64,000 nt of DNA from Callorhinchus milii. Lineage: Eukaryota. The notes beneath the pieces are model-generated. The model ran no database searches, was not told the DNA's origin, and saw only the letters and a list, made by a program, of their open reading frames with translations. The stretch lies in the NCBI RefSeq assembly GCF_018977255.1, contig NW_024704742.1, positions 51,648,001 to 51,712,000 on the forward strand, given 5' to 3'. Made by a program: the position numbers and the translations under genes. Below, piece by piece: positions 61,719 to 64,000 of the stretch (within the stretch, counting starts at the first letter, position 1; each line of letters opens with the position of its first letter).

Positions 61719-62499
61719 TCAACTTCTGTTGAAGACGTTGGTCACCAAGTGCAGAATTTTAGTCTGTTTTGGGGATAGTGGTTTAACTCAATCTAGTAAT
61801 GATTATTACAATATGTCCTAATTTTCACCCCATTGATTCCAGACATATAGTGCATTAATGCATTGTCTGTAACAATACATTAATTTGGCATCAAGCTGTC
61901 ATTGCGACAATGCACCACCAACCCTACACCACCACAATTAGTCACCTCTTCAACCAGAGCTTCTAACAGTGCAAATACGTCTGAAGGTAGCATAAATATA
62001 AAACCCTTGAAGTGCTTTTGCCTACATTCAGACGAGCAATTCCCAGTCATTAAGCAAGGTTGTGGCCCTGGCAGAACAACAGTAATTTGCAATATTAAAA
62101 CGTGTGTGTGTATGATGGTACTTGCACAGGAATGGTGATTTGGGTGAAATACTGGACACCTGCACCCAGTGGAATCACACACTGGTAGAAGAGGAAGAGA
62201 AAGCCAGTTGAGCCACTCTGCACGCCTGTACTGTATTTTCCGAAGGTATTTGATGTGCTACAAGCCTCAACATTACATCTCTTCTTTCTACTGGAAGACA
62301 TCAAAACTTCTTTCAGCCACAGATTTCAAGTGTAAAAATAGATCATAGATATGCAAATTTCAGAAGGCCATTTTCTGACAGCCTTAGGTGATTGATAACA
62401 TTTCTTCTTTTGTAAAATCTGCCACAGTTTTTTTTGCATTCCAAGAAGTTCAGTTCTTCACTTGGTGCTATGTGGTAATGTATCTTGCTTAGTTGGAGG

Positions 62500-62825
62500 T
62501 AATAATAATAATAATCCTTGCATTTTGATATAGCGCTTTTCACGTCGGGAGGACATCCCAAAGCGCTTCACAGAACACACTGTAAAGTGAATTGACTGTA
62601 TATTTGTGGGCGAACGTGGCAGCCAATTGCGCACAGCAATGTCCCACAAACAGTCGTAGATTGAAAATGACCAATTTATTATTGTTTTTGGTTTTGGAGG
62701 GATTATTATTAGGCTCTGTGTGGAGTAAGGAAACTTGCCCAAGGTTTCGCCCTGACCTGCCTGGAATTGAACTCAGCTCTCTCGCTTGCAAAGCAAGTGC
62801 TCTAACCACTGAGCTACAGGTCTCC
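62500..62825 (-). mobile_element. young tRNA-Ala-derived SINE
   Basis: Complete head to tail, with the L2-matching tail. Confidence 0.95.
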
Positions 62826-63629
62826 TAATAGGAGAACTTTGACTGATGGAGTTGCATGAAGTTGCTTTTATCACCATGTGATAGACAATCATGAACAAAT
62901 CTACATTGAATTCCACCCAATAAAGAAAACAAAAGTAAAGTGATTCACTTTCATCGGTAGACTATTCTACATCTTAAATGCAAAAAGCTCTTCAGATGTG
63001 GAATTTGAATCATAAGCATGAACCTTGTCATATGGGCTGTTAGTAGTAATCGCGCAAACAAAGAGTAATATTTTGATTACATAAAGATCATCTATCATTG
63101 TGCTGTTATGTTAAGCAACTGAATTATTATTGTGCATGCCTTATACATTTTCCAAAATCTTGCCTTTTAAACAATGGTGTCAACGTTTTTTGGTTGGCCA
63201 ACCAAATACACTTTTCTTTATTGAATTTTTCTTTCTTGAATTTTTCTTCATTTATGGCCTTGCCGTGGGTATTTATTTGGCGGTGACTTACCTGGATTGG
63301 TGCAGGTATTTGGTGGGCCACTTCTTGATGCCCCAAAAGTGGCCCGCAATCTACTGCATTCCGTGCCACTGCTTTAAAGGAACAGCAACACAAATTGTAT
63401 TCTATCAAATTAATAATGGAATATAGTGGTTTTTTAAAAAAGATAGTATTAACCCTTAGATAACCAGATATAATGGTGGAATTCTATAATGGACCAGAAA
63501 GCTGAGCAATGCAGTTACATAGCTTGCTCTCTGTTCCTTGGCTTTGTTTTTAATGACATAGTTGGGCAGTTAAAAACTGTTCTGAATAATGGCATGACCA
63601 ACATGGTCCCTAGTCTCTCTCCTCAGGCT

Positions 63630-64000
63630 CTATTGCACTCCCCCTGAAAATCGCTGTTATCCTCAAAAAACCCACCCTCGATCTCTCTAATCTCTCACAC
63701 TACCGTCCCAGCTCCAACCTACTCTTTCTTGCCAAAGTCCTGGAATGCACTGTTGCAGTCAACTTTAGTCACACCTGTCTCTCCACTCCCTCCTCGAGTC
63801 CCTGTAGTCTGGTTTTCGACCTGCCCACAGAACAGAGATAACGCTTGTCAAAGTCCCAAACAATGTCCTCTCTATCTGTGAGCAGGATTCCCTCTGCCTC
63901 CTTGTCCTCCTGGATCTCTCTGCCGTGTTTGACACAGTCAATCAAGCCATCCTCCTCCACCGCCTTTCTTCCCTCATCCACTTTAGTCTGACCTCACTTG
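63630..64000 (+). mobile_element. L2 RT fragment running to the window end
   Basis: Translates as LKKPTLD...LSHYRP.SNL.FLAKVLE...SGFRPAH.TE..LVKV.N...LLVLLDLSA.FDTV. Confidence 0.88.

Noticed and set aside
36000..64000. Exons of the next syntenic genes (RASL11B, SCFD2)
   Set aside because: I found no recognisable coding exon for either gene in this window.

Overview
This is vertebrate genomic DNA. The CR1, L2 and Penelope elements, Deu-domain SINEs and a tRNA-Ala-headed L2-partner SINE point to a cartilaginous fish; that assignment is an inference. The window covers the USP46-DANCR neighbourhood. The first coding exon of USP46 (MTVRNIASICNM) lies on the minus strand at 5704-5669, with two candidate alternative first exons nearby. 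About 18.7 kb away, a divergent non-coding snoRNA host gene (positional orthologue of DANCR/SNHG13) starts near 24.4 kb behind a GC-box minisatellite. It carries six apparently complete and two decayed SNORA26 copies, built by repeated duplication of an exon-intron-snoRNA unit. The rest is mostly transposon-rich non-coding DNA: nested L2, CR1 and SINE copies, a Harbinger transposase fossil, a hAT MITE and a Penelope remnant with degenerate hammerhead motifs. The most unusual object is an intronless AP4M1 3' fragment fused to a young SINE with no poly(A), inserted as one unit into an older SINE. This suggests that host mRNA was retrocopied by L2 machinery through a SINE tail. All identifications come from reading the sequence and from recalled consensus sequences; no database searches were run.
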